DNA of 64,000 bases from the NCBI GenBank assembly GCA_016868035.1, contig VGID01000001.1, positions 64,289-128,288 on the forward strand. The letters are read 5' to 3'. Within the stretch, counting starts at the first letter, position 1. Each line of letters begins with the position of its first letter. The notes beneath the pieces were generated by a model. It did no database searches. It saw only the letters and a list, made by a program, of their open reading frames with translations, and was not told the origin of the DNA. Below are positions 9,685-18,085 of the stretch, piece after piece. The position numbers and the translations under genes were made by a program. Source of the DNA: Betaproteobacteria bacterium (GTDB taxonomy: Bacteria; Pseudomonadota; Gammaproteobacteria; Burkholderiales; SG8-41).

Positions 9685-10065
9685 TCACACGGTCGCGATC
9701 GCCTCGATTTCGACGCGCGCGCCCGCGACCAGCCCCGCCGCCTGAAAAGTCGTCCGCGCCGGCGGGTCCTTCGGAAAGTATTCGTTGAACACCTCGTTCA
9801 TCGCCATGAGCTCGCCGAGGTCGGCGAGATAGATCGTCACCTTCACGACCCTGCCGAGCGAGGACCCGCCCGCCTCCAGCACGGCCTTGAGGTTCTCGCA
9901 CACCTGCCGCGTCTCTGCCTTGATCCCGCCCTCGGCCAGGCGACCGGTCCGCGGGTCGTTCCCGAGCTGGCCGGACGCGAAGACCCAGTCGCCCGCCCTG
10001 ATCGCCTGCGAAAGCGGAACCCTTGCAGGCGGCACCCTGTTCGTGTGTACGACGCTTCGCTTCAT
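9685..10065 (-). CDS. RidA/YjgF-family reactive-intermediate deaminase
   Basis: ORF track, 126 aa. SQAIRAGDWVFASGQLG and VKVTIYL motifs. SD AGGGAGGAAGAGG. Confidence 0.9.
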   Translation of the reverse strand: MKRSVVHTNRVPPARVPLSQAIRAGDWVFASGQLGNDPRTGRLAEGGIKAETRQVCENLKAVLEAGGSSLGRVVKVTIYLADLGELMAMNEVFNEYFPKDPPARTTFQAAGLVAGARVEIEAIATV

Positions 10066-10088
10066 ATCCTCTTCCTCCCTGCGTTAAC

Positions 10089-10116
10089 GATGATATGGGT
10101 GATGGGTGATGGGAGC
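10089..10116. repeat. heptamer run, TGGGTGA type
   Basis: GATGATA TGGGTGA TGGGTGA TGGGAGC, between the divergent ridA and hydrolase genes. Confidence 0.7.
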
Positions 10117-10264
10117 ATACAAGGATGAATGCGAGAGGAGAAAGAAGACACCCGCCATGTCGGGTTCCTCTCGCCTCTCGTGACTCATATGCCGTAAGAT
10201 AGCGGCCCCGGGATCGGGCAAGACCGGCCCCGGCACGGACAGTTTTCCTGAAGGAGACGGCACG

Positions 10265-11128
10265 ATGACCACCGCTTACAACCCCGCGAACCGCTACGAG
10301 ATCGAGGTCCGGGAAACCGAGTTCCGGCGCGCGGAGAAGCGCGCGCTGATGGCCCGCATCTACCAGCCGCAGGGCGCGGGACCGTTCCCGGTCCTGCTCG
10401 ACCTGCACGGCGGCGCCTGGAACAACAAGGACCGCACGGCGAACGTGCCGATGGACGAGGCGGTCGCGAAGAGCGGCATCCTCGTCGTGGCGGTCGATCT
10501 CACGCTCGCGCCCGGGGCGCCGTACCCGGCTTCGGTCCAGGATGCGAACTACGGCGTGCGCTGGCTCAAGTCGAAAGCCCGGGAATGGAACGGCGATCCC
10601 ACGCACCTCGGCGTGCTCGGCAGCTCGAGCGGCGGCCACATCGCGCAATTGCTCGCCATGCGCCCGCGCGATGCGCGCTACAGCGCGATTCCCCTGCCCG
10701 GGGCTCCAAGCGTGGACGCGACGCTCGCGTACGTCGCAACGCGCTCGCCGATCAGCGACCCGTACGCGCGCTTCCAGCAGGCGGAGAAAATGAAGCGCGA
10801 CGAGATGATGCAGAAGAGCAAGACGTACTTCAACCCGTGGGAGCTGGTCCACGAAGGCAACCCGCAGCAGATCCTCGACCGGCGCGAGCCGGTTTCACTG
10901 CCACCGATGCTGATCATGCAGGGCGGCGCGGACGACAACGTGCTGCCGGCGCTGCAGGAGAAATTCGCCGCGACCTACCGGGCGGCGGGCGGCGAGTGCC
11001 AGCTGGAAATCTTCGACGGCTGCGAGCACGAATGGGTCGCGCATCCGGGACCGCAGACCGACCGCGCGCACGAGATGGTGAAGAGCTTCATCGCGCGCCA
11101 GCTGAGGGCGCTGCGCCGTGCGGCCTAG
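10265..11128 (+). CDS. alpha/beta hydrolase (esterase/lipase fold-3 type)
   Basis: ORF track, 287 aa. Oxyanion HGGAW, nucleophile elbow GSSSGGH, late D and H. Confidence 0.88.
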   Translation: MTTAYNPANRYEIEVRETEFRRAEKRALMARIYQPQGAGPFPVLLDLHGGAWNNKDRTANVPMDEAVAKSGILVVAVDLTLAPGAPYPASVQDANYGVRWLKSKAREWNGDPTHLGVLGSSSGGHIAQLLAMRPRDARYSAIPLPGAPSVDATLAYVATRSPISDPYARFQQAEKMKRDEMMQKSKTYFNPWELVHEGNPQQILDRREPVSLPPMLIMQGGADDNVLPALQEKFAATYRAAGGECQLEIFDGCEHEWVAHPGPQTDRAHEMVKSFIARQLRALRRAA

Positions 11129-11133
11129 CGGCG

Positions 11134-11265
11134 GTGGCTCGTGACTCGTGACGGGTAAGCGGTAAGCGGCGAGCCGGAAAATCGCGAACCAGCCCGGAAC
11201 TCCGAACCCGGAACCCTGAACAGCGATCCCGGAACGCGAATTGCGCCCCGGGATTCGCGGTCCGT
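11134..11265. repeat. about 19 degenerate heptamers filling the whole hydrolase-peroxiredoxin spacer
   Basis: GTGGCTC GTGACTC GTGACGG GTAAGCG GTAAGCG GCGAGCC ... GAACTCC GAACCCG GAACCCT GAACAGC GATCCCG GAACGCG ... Also contains the hairpin GAACGCGAAT/ATTCGCGGTC. Confidence 0.75.
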
Positions 11266-11727
11266 TCAGAGCTTGCGCAGCTGCTCCAGCATCTCCGCGC
11301 TTTCGGGGATCTTGCCCGGCTCGTAGATCCTCGCGTAGCGGACCACGCCCTTGGCGTCGAGCACGTAGGCCGCGCGCTTGTCCGAGCCGCGCTCCTCGTT
11401 GAAGATGCCGTAGGCCTTGCCGACCGCGCCGTGCGGCCAGTAGTCCGAGAGCAGCGGGAAAGGCACGCCGCCCAGCTTCTCGGCCCACCCCTTGAGGCTG
11501 GCAACCGGGTCGGCGCTGATGTTGAGGATCTCGACGTTCAGCTTCTTGAATTCTTCGTAGTTCGCACGGAACCCGTTGACCTGGTTCGTTCACCCGGGGG
11601 TGAACGCGAACGGCATGAAGGCGACCACGACCGGCCGGCCCTTGAAGCTCGCGAGGGACACCTTCTGGTCGCTGTTGTGCGCGGCGAGCGTGAAATCAGG
11701 CGCGGCTGCGCCGGTCTGGATTTCCAT
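11266..11727 (-). CDS. AhpE/Bcp-type peroxiredoxin with in-frame UGA (probable selenocysteine) at the peroxidatic position
   Basis: Hand translation from ATG 11727 (SD GGGGAG): MEIQTGAAAPDFTLAAHNSDQKVSLASFKGRPVVVAFMPFAFTPG-[TGA 11592-11590]-TNQVNGFRANYEEFKKLNVEILNISADPVASLKGWAEKLGGVPFPLLSDYWPHGAVGKAYGIFNEERGS...LRKL. The length of 462 nt is divisible by 3. The ORF track shows only the 66-aa tail (11266..11466). Confidence 0.72.
11559..11589 (-). other. candidate SECIS region directly 3' of the UGA
   Basis: mRNA after UGA reads ACGAACC AGGUCAACG GGUUCCGU (7-bp stem with one bulge; the loop contains GGUC). An alternative is GGUUC CGUGC GAACU (5-bp stem; loop GU about 26-27 nt from the UGA). 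Folded by eye only. Confidence 0.45.
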
Positions 11728-11782
11728 GCGTTTTCTCCCCTGAATATGCGAAAAAACGGGGCCCGAAACCCCGTCTTTCCGC

Positions 11783-11822
11783 GGTGACTCCGTGACTCGG
11801 TGATTCAGCGACTGAGCGATTG
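11783..11822. repeat. octamer run, GTGACTCN type
   Basis: GGTGACTC CGTGACTC GGTGATTC AGCGACTG AGCGATTG. Confidence 0.75.
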
Positions 11823-11839
11823 CGGCCTTGCGAACCCTT

Positions 11840-12361
11840 TCAATGTAGCTGGATCACGCCGCAGGCGATGCGCGCCCCGGCGTTGCCGGTCGGCTGGGAC
11901 TTGTAGTCGTCGGGGTCGGTGTGGACGATGACGCCGCGGCCGACGATGTTCCCGGGCCCGGGCCGCAGCGTGATCTGGTCGAGCTCGATCCGGATGTTGG
12001 CGAACCCCTTCTTGTCAGCCTTGAGGTTGGGCAGGTCGCCGGCGTGGCGCTCCGCGCTGCCGTAATGCGCGTGCGGCTTGTTGAACGGATTGAAATGGCC
12101 CTTGGTGCTCATGCCGTCGCCCGAGCTGCAGTCGCCGACCTCGTGGATGTGGAAGCCGTGCTCCTGCCCCGGCTTGAGGTTCTGGAGGAACGCGACGACG
12201 AGCACCTTGTCGCCCACCTGCTCGAAAGTCGCCTCACCGAACGTCTTGCTGCCCTTGGTCGGCTGCAGCGCCGCCGACGCCACGAGCGGCGTGTCGGTGG
12301 GCACCGTCTCGCAGGCGGTGAGCAGAATCGTCGCGGCGACAGCGGCAAATGCTGTTTTCAT
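11840..12361 (-). CDS. sodC: periplasmic Cu,Zn superoxide dismutase (lipoprotein)
   Basis: ORF track, 173 aa. Lipobox LLTAC, metal ligands HGFHIHEVGDC, GHFNP, HAGDLPN, ARIACGVI. SD GAGGAGG. Confidence 0.92.
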   Translation of the reverse strand: MKTAFAAVAATILLTACETVPTDTPLVASAALQPTKGSKTFGEATFEQVGDKVLVVAFLQNLKPGQEHGFHIHEVGDCSSGDGMSTKGHFNPFNKPHAHYGSAERHAGDLPNLKADKKGFANIRIELDQITLRPGPGNIVGRGVIVHTDPDDYKSQPTGNAGARIACGVIQLH

Positions 12362-12577
12362 AATAGCCTCCTCGTTGAGAACCCCAATCTACTCAAATCC
12401 CCCGCGGCTTGGAAGCCCCTTTCGTCAAGGATGATCCACATTGTGTCCGCGCCCGGAATGCGCGCAATACGCACTCGCGGCCTGCTTCCTTTTTGGACAG
12501 GTAAACCGATAGGGACGTTGCAACTCTAACTTCTTGATTTTACGGCAACGCTGCGATCGGGAGCGGGGCCTCATCCT

Positions 12578-13240
12578 TCAGCGCTCGTCCGGGCCGCCGG
12601 GCTCCTGCGCCTCGTCTTCCCAGTCGTAGCGCTTGCGCGGCGGGATGTCCAGGCGCCGCAGCACGATCGCAAGCACGAGGCCGATCAGCGCGGCCGCTAG
12701 GTGGGTCTCCCAGGACACGCCGGGCCGGATCGGCAATACCCCCCACACCATGGTGCCGTAGAGGAAGTACACCAGCAAGGACGCGGCGATCGCGCGCCGG
12801 TCGCGCCGGATCAGGCCGGCCACGAAAATGTAGATGACGAGACCGTAGACGAGTCCGCTGGCGCCGACGTGGACGGTGGATGCCCTGGCGAACAGGAATA
12901 CCGCAACGCCGGGTCCGAGGTAGGCCGCCGGGATCACCTTGAGCGCGGAATTCGGGTAGAGATACAGCATCCCCGTGCCGAGCACCAGCAGCGGCAGGGA
13001 GTTCGCGAACAGGTGAGCGAAGTTGCCGTGCAGCAGGGGCGCGAGCACGATGCCGGGCAGCCCCGCGAACTCGCGCGGGCGCACTCCGAGCCGCTCCAGC
13101 CCCAGCTCCAGCCCCCAGTTCAGCACGTGTATCGCCCAGATCAGCGCGACGAAGCCTGCCGCGAGCTTCACGGCGAGACGGAAATTCGCCTGCGCGCGCT
13201 CGGAGGTCGTGTACTCCGAATCCGGAACGTGGAATTGCAT
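12578..13240 (-). CDS. rhomboid-family intramembrane serine protease
   Basis: ORF 12578..13243. Multi-TM, catalytic GASGLVYG (GxSG), downstream His in THLAAALIG. ATG 13240 preferred. Confidence 0.87.
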   Translation of the reverse strand: MQFHVPDSEYTTSERAQANFRLAVKLAAGFVALIWAIHVLNWGLELGLERLGVRPREFAGLPGIVLAPLLHGNFAHLFANSLPLLVLGTGMLYLYPNSALKVIPAAYLGPGVAVFLFARASTVHVGASGLVYGLVIYIFVAGLIRRDRRAIAASLLVYFLYGTMVWGVLPIRPGVSWETHLAAALIGLVLAIVLRRLDIPPRKRYDWEDEAQEPGGPDER

Positions 13241-13270
13241 CACCCGCCACCATACCAGACGGGCGCGATC

Positions 13271-13382
13271 TGCGTTCCGCGTTCGGGGTTCGGAGTTCGG
13301 GGTTCGGCTTCCAGTCCAGCGAACTTGAGCCTTCGAACCGACCGTATTTACCGCGTCACTTCATCAGTCGTCAGTCGTCACG
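13271..13382. repeat. 16-unit heptamer tract (GTTCGGG type changing to CAGTCGT type) overlapping a gene 3' end
   Basis: TGCGTTC CGCGTTC GGGGTTC GGAGTTC GGGGTTC GGCTTCC ... GTCACTT CATCAGT CGTCAGT CGTCACG. The last units encode R-D-D-stop of the 13371..14369 gene. Confidence 0.85.
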
Positions 13383-14369
13383 CTTGTTTGCGTTCAGCGC
13401 TTCCGGATTGACCAAGAATTCCCGGCCCGGGGTCTCGCCGTCGAGCACGCGCAGGAGGTTGCGCGTAGTGGTGAGCGCCTTGCGGTCGAGCGATTCGCGC
13501 GAGTTGCCGGCCATGTGCGGGGCGACGATCACGTTGGGCAGCGTGAACAGGGGATTGTCCGTGATCGGCGGCTCCGGCGAGAAGACGTCGATGCCCGCGC
13601 CCGCGAGCTTGCCCGCCGCGAGCGCGGCGTAGAGCGCCGCCTCGTCCACGATGCCGCCGCGCGCGGTGTTGATGAGCCGCGCACCGGGCTTCATGCGTGC
13701 GATCCGCGCAGCATCGAACATTCCCGCGGTCTCCTTCGTCTTGGGGCAGTGCAGGGTGACGAAGTCGGCGCGAGCGAGCGCCGCGTCGAGGTCGGTGGCA
13801 GGCTCGCATCCCGCCGCGCGCACCGCCTCCGCCGGGACATAGGGATCGTAAACCTCGACGGTCATGTCCATCGGCAGGCAGCGCCTGGCGACGCGCGTGC
13901 CGATGCGCCCGAAACCGACGATGAGCAGCCTTTTTCCGAGCAGCTCGGTGGGAAGCGCCGCGTAGCGCTCGGACCAGCGGCCCTGGCGCGGGATGGCATC
14001 CATCGCCGCGCCACCCTTGCACAGCGCGAGCATCATGAACAACGCATATTCCGCCACGGTGGGCGAGTTGTCGGTATGGCACGTCATCAGCGGTATACCG
14101 CGGCGGGTGAGCGCCGCCACGTCCACCGCGTCGAAGCCCACGCCGATGCGGCCCACCGCGCGCAGCCGCGGCGCGGCCTCGATGTCCTCCGCGCGCAACG
14201 GCGTGGACGTGAGCGCGACGCCGTCCACGTCGGCGAGCAGGCGCTGGAATTCCGGCCCCTTGATGCCCGGGGAAAATCCGATGGCCTCCACGTCCGCGCG
14301 GCTCTTCGCGTAATCCCAGCCGGTGCGCGCCATCGTGTCCGGCAGCAGCAGTCTCTTTTTCGTCGTCAT
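13371..14369 (-). CDS. D-isomer-specific 2-hydroxyacid dehydrogenase (PGDH-like)
   Basis: ORF track, 332 aa. NAD fold GFGRIGTRVARR, TARGGIVDE, catalytic HMAGNS. The last codons (RDD-stop) lie in a heptamer array. Confidence 0.9.
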   Translation of the reverse strand: MTTKKRLLLPDTMARTGWDYAKSRADVEAIGFSPGIKGPEFQRLLADVDGVALTSTPLRAEDIEAAPRLRAVGRIGVGFDAVDVAALTRRGIPLMTCHTDNSPTVAEYALFMMLALCKGGAAMDAIPRQGRWSERYAALPTELLGKRLLIVGFGRIGTRVARRCLPMDMTVEVYDPYVPAEAVRAAGCEPATDLDAALARADFVTLHCPKTKETAGMFDAARIARMKPGARLINTARGGIVDEAALYAALAAGKLAGAGIDVFSPEPPITDNPLFTLPNVIVAPHMAGNSRESLDRKALTTTRNLLRVLDGETPGREFLVNPEALNANKRDD

Positions 14370-14427
14370 CGTCTCATCCGAAACATTTCCGAATTCACGT
14401 ACTCACCGTGCCACCATAGCGCGCCGC

Positions 14428-14514
14428 AGTGACTCAGTGATTGAGTGATACAGTGATCAAGAAAGAGCCACCTGAGGTCGCCGATCGCTTAGTCATTTAA
14501 TCACTCAGTCACCT
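14428..14514. repeat. palindromic octamer array, AGTGAYNN type
   Basis: AGTGACTC AGTGATTG AGTGATAC AGTGATCA ... inverse arm CTTAGTCATTTAATCACTCAGTCACCT. Confidence 0.8.
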
Positions 14515-14515
14515 A

Positions 14516-14675
14516 GAGCGCGTAACGAAATCAAGAAATATTAACCGCAGATAAACGCCGATACCCGCCGACGAAAACATAAAACCCTTTGGCTGTTCAT
14601 GGGGTTGTTGTTATCTGTGTTCATCGGCGTTCATCGGCGGTTTCAAGTTTTTTGGGTCTTTTTGATACGAGTTCT
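14516..14675 (+). mobile_element. 160-bp MITE-like element, copy A (no coding capacity)
   Basis: Gapless hand alignment to the reverse complement of 57461..57620 gives 135/160 identical. Internal decamer arms CGCAGATAAA/CGCCGATACC and inverse GTTCATCGGC x2. Bracketed by TA on both sides. Confidence 0.65.
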
Positions 14676-14701
14676 TAGTCACTGCGTCAGCCACTACCGG
14701 C

Positions 14702-15811
14702 CTATAGTCGGATGCCAAGCAGCCTCGCGGCCGTTCCGCCAAGCATTGCGATTCTCTCCTCGTCGCTGAAGCCCGGTGCATTGAGGATGTGGTCCACCGA
14801 CTCGCTCTGCCACGGGATCGGGTGGTCGGTGCCGATCACCAGCCGGCTCGAGCCCACTTCCGCGGCGAGGTGCCGCAGTGCTTCCGAAGTGAACACGAGC
14901 GTGTCGTAATACATGTCTCTCAGGTACTCGGTCGGTTTTTTCTTCAGCTTGACGCCGGTGTCCATCTCCGGCGCGACGCGCAGGCAATTGTCCGACCGCG
15001 GCGCGTAGGAGGGCAAAAAGCCGCCGCCGTGGGCCGAGCAGATCTTGAGCCCCGGGAAGCGGTCGAGCGTGCCCTCGAAGATGAGATGCGAGAGCGCGAT
15101 CGTGGTATCGAGCGGGTTGCCGATGGTGTTCGCAAGCCAGCCGTTGCCCTTGAACCGGCTCGCGAGCTGCGGCGTGCTCTGCGGATGGATGAAGATCAGG
15201 ATGCCGAGCTCTTCCGCCTTCGCCCAGAACGGGTGGAACCGGGGATCCGAGAACTCCGCCCCGGCGACGCTGGCGCCGACCGCGGCCCCTCGCAGCCCGA
15301 GCTTCTTCACTCCGTGCACGAGCTGCTGCACCGCCAGATCCGGAAACTGCAGCGCAACCGACGCGAAGGCGACGAAGCGCTCGGGGTAGGTCGCGCAGAA
15401 CCCGGCGAGCTTCTCGTTCTGGATCTGGATGACCTTTTCCGCGACGTCGCGCCCGGCGCCATACCACTGCGGGTTGATGCTGAGCGCCTCGACATCGATG
15501 CCCTGCTCGTCCATCTCGCGGATGCGCCGCTCGCCGACTTCGCCGAGGCCCGGCCCGCGCTGGTCCTCGAGCTTCAGCCCGAGCAGGTCGAGGGCCTCCG
15601 GGATCACGCAGTGCGCGTGCACGTCGATCGTCTTCACGCGGCGGCCGGCCACCACGACCTCGCGGCGGCGCCCGGCGGGCTTCGTTCGCGCTTTCCCCGG
15701 CGCGGCCGCCTGCGCCTGCGCTTGCGCGGCGCCCAGCAGCTCGCAGCCGGTAAAGGCAATGCCGGGCATTGCGCTCCCCGCATTTCCCGCGACGTCTCTG
15801 TGTGTGTGCAT
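14702..15811 (-). CDS. amidohydrolase_2 (ACMSD-like metal-dependent hydrolase/decarboxylase)
   Basis: ORF track, 369 aa. KTIDVHAHCVIPE, SAHGGG, IGTDHP motifs. SD GAGGGAG before ATG 15811. Unusual Ala/Arg-rich 60-aa N-terminal extension. Confidence 0.85.
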   Translation of the reverse strand: MHTHRDVAGNAGSAMPGIAFTGCELLGAAQAQAQAAAPGKARTKPAGRRREVVVAGRRVKTIDVHAHCVIPEALDLLGLKLEDQRGPGLGEVGERRIREMDEQGIDVEALSINPQWYGAGRDVAEKVIQIQNEKLAGFCATYPERFVAFASVALQFPDLAVQQLVHGVKKLGLRGAAVGASVAGAEFSDPRFHPFWAKAEELGILIFIHPQSTPQLASRFKGNGWLANTIGNPLDTTIALSHLIFEGTLDRFPGLKICSAHGGGFLPSYAPRSDNCLRVAPEMDTGVKLKKKPTEYLRDMYYDTLVFTSEALRHLAAEVGSSRLVIGTDHPIPWQSESVDHILNAPGFSDEERIAMLGGTAARLLGIRL

Positions 15812-16106
15812 TTTTTTCTCCCTCGTTAACCGCCAAATGCGGCGAAGACCCCGATGCTTGCGGGGTCAGATTGCGAAACGGGACGGCGGCCGACGACGAG
15901 CACCCCGGAGCGCGCCAACCGCAGACGAACGCGGCGAGCCGCGGATCAACCCGAACCCAAATCAACAACCGCGCATGATAACCCAACATGGACTGGTGCG
16001 GTTTGCGCCGCGCACGCGAACACAACCCGCCGCACACGTGCATATAATGCGCCGGGCTGCTGGCCGCCCACGGCCAACCCCGAAAAAAAACGACTCGAGG
16101 AGTCCC

Positions 16107-16772
16107 ATGATCACGATCGAATTCCGGAAGACCGCGCCGGTCGCGGCGCTGTTACTGTTGCTCGCTGGGGGCGGTGCCGCGTTGGCGCAGCAATCGAACA
16201 TGACTTTCTTTATCACGAGCGTCGGCGCCGGCAAGGGCGCCGACTTCGGCGGCCTGGAGGGCGCCGACCGGCACTGCCAGAACCTCGCAGCGGCGGCGGG
16301 TGCCGGCAAGCGCACGTGGCGCGCTTATCTGAGCACGAGCGCCGCCGACGGCAAGCCCGCCGTCCACGCGCGCGACCGCATCGGCAAGGGGCCGTGGCAC
16401 AACGCCGAAGGCAGGCTCATCGCGCGCAATATCCAGGAGTTGCACGGCATCAACAACATTAACCACGTCACCGCATTGACCGAGAAGAGGGAACGTGTCA
16501 AGGGCAACGGCGATACCCCCAATATGCACGATATCCTGACCGGCTCGCAGCCGGACGGCACGGCGTTCGCGGGCAGCGACGACCGCACGTGCGGAAACTG
16601 GACGAAGAGCGGCGAAGGCGCTGCGATGGTCGGCCATCACGACCGCAGAGGCCTGCGCGACGACGAGGCAACCCGGTCGTGGAATTCCTCGCATCCCTCG
16701 CGCGGCTGCAGCCTCGACGACCTGAGAATGTCGGGCGGCGCGGGACTGATCTACTGCTTCGCGGCAAAGTGA
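16107..16772 (+). CDS. secreted Cys-containing hypothetical protein (DUF1554-like N-terminal pattern, tentative)
   Basis: In-frame part of ORF 15429..16772. ATG 16107 preceded by GAGGAG. Signal peptide AALLLLLAGGGALAQ, then FFITSVGAGKGADFGGLEGADRHCQ. Confidence 0.6.
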   Translation: MITIEFRKTAPVAALLLLLAGGGAALAQQSNMTFFITSVGAGKGADFGGLEGADRHCQNLAAAAGAGKRTWRAYLSTSAADGKPAVHARDRIGKGPWHNAEGRLIARNIQELHGINNINHVTALTEKRERVKGNGDTPNMHDILTGSQPDGTAFAGSDDRTCGNWTKSGEGAAMVGHHDRRGLRDDEATRSWNSSHPSRGCSLDDLRMSGGAGLIYCFAAK

Positions 16773-16809
16773 CGCGCCCGTCGCGTGCCCTGCGCGCGAC
16801 GGACCGCGG

Positions 16810-17796
16810 TCATTGCACGCGGATCTCCGCCCGCTTCGCAACCTCGCGCCACTTCTGCACGTCGACGCGGATCATCTTGCGGAACTCGGCCGGCGTGATG
16901 GTCTGCACCTCGGCTGCTTCGGCCGCGAGCCGTTTTTGCGTCTCGGACTCCCCAAGTATGGCCGCGAGCTCGCGGCGCAGCTTCTCCTGCACGCCGCGCG
17001 GCGTGCCCGCTGGCGCGACGACGCCCCACCAGACGTAGACTTCGTAGCCGGGAAAGCCGGACTCCGCGACGGTCGGTATGTCGGGCAGCGCCGCGGCGCG
17101 CCTGGCCGCGCCGACCGCGAGCATCTTGATCCTGCCGCTGCGCACGTGCGGCAGCACCTGTGTGACCGAGGTGAACATCACCGGCATTTGTCCCGCCATC
17201 ACGTCCACCATCGCGGGCCCGCCGCCTTTGTACGGCACGTGGACCATGTCGATGCCGGCGAGCTTCTTGAACAGCTCCCCGCCGAAGTGGTTGAAGCCCC
17301 CGACGCCGGTCGAGGCGTAGCTGATGGCCCCCGGCTTCGCCCGCGCGCGCTCGACGAGCTCGCCGAGCGAGGCGAGCCCCAGTCCCGGGAAGACCACGAT
17401 CGAGTTCGGGGACGAACCGATCATCGAGATCGGGTCGAACGACTTCTCCACGTCGTACGGCAGCGTCCGCACCGCGGCGTTCATCACGAACGACGTGGAC
17501 ACCATGAGCACGGTATAGCCGTCGGCGGGCGCGTTGGCGGCGAGCTCGGTGCCGATGATGCCGTTTGCCCCGCCGCGGTTGTCGATCACGAACTGCTGGC
17601 CGAGCCGGTCGCTCAACCTCGCGCCAAGGTAGCGGCCCAGCATGTCGTTGCTGCCCCCCGGCGGAAACGGGATGATCCAGCGCACGGATTTGGTCGGGAA
17701 CTCGGGGTTTCGCGCCCGCTCGGCCGCGTGCGCCGGCAACGCGCCAGCGAGCAAGAACAGTACGGAGAACACGGAAGCGGTGCAGTGCGCCTTCAT
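16810..17796 (-). CDS. Bug/TTT-family periplasmic substrate-binding protein
   Basis: ORF 16810..17886. ATG 17796 preceded by GAGGAGGGG. Signal peptide, then FPTKSVRWIIPFPPGGSND. Confidence 0.9.
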   Translation of the reverse strand: MKAHCTASVFSVLFLLAGALPAHAAERARNPEFPTKSVRWIIPFPPGGSNDMLGRYLGARLSDRLGQQFVIDNRGGANGIIGTELAANAPADGYTVLMVSTSFVMNAAVRTLPYDVEKSFDPISMIGSSPNSIVVFPGLGLASLGELVERARAKPGAISYASTGVGGFNHFGGELFKKLAGIDMVHVPYKGGGPAMVDVMAGQMPVMFTSVTQVLPHVRSGRIKMLAVGAARRAAALPDIPTVAESGFPGYEVYVWWGVVAPAGTPRGVQEKLRRELAAILGESETQKRLAAEAAEVQTITPAEFRKMIRVDVQKWREVAKRAEIRVQ

Positions 17797-18085
17797 GCTC
17801 AGCCCCTCCTCGTTGTCGCCCGCGACCGCGGCGGACGGATTCTGACAAAAAGTATAGTCCGCATTATGGTCGAGCCCAAGCCGCAAAACGAGCGCCCTCG
17901 CGAGCGGATCTGCACCCCTGGAGACTGGAATAAGTCAGGAGAATCAAGGCACAAGTATTGCCTCGTGCGGCAACGAAGCGCGCCACGGGCAAGACGGCCC
18001 GGGGACGTAAAGGGCCGCTCGAGGAGGTACCCGATTGGGGGGCGGCCACGAAGCCACGGCCGCGCGGCGCGACCGCCGCAGTCGC

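Noticed and set aside
11266-11727. Reading the interrupted peroxiredoxin as a pseudogene (nonsense mutation)
   Set aside because: Not fully excluded, but disfavoured. There is a single TGA, it falls exactly at the catalytic Cys codon position, the rest of the frame is intact with conserved motifs, an SD is present, and hairpins follow the UGA. A random nonsense mutation hitting exactly that codon is unlikely.
14694-16043. 449-aa minus ORF overlapping the amidohydrolase_2 gene in another frame
   Set aside because: The frame at 14702..15811 carries the HAH / HGGG / DHP amidohydrolase motifs and a strong SD. The alternative frame is Arg/Ala/Gly/Pro low-complexity sequence.
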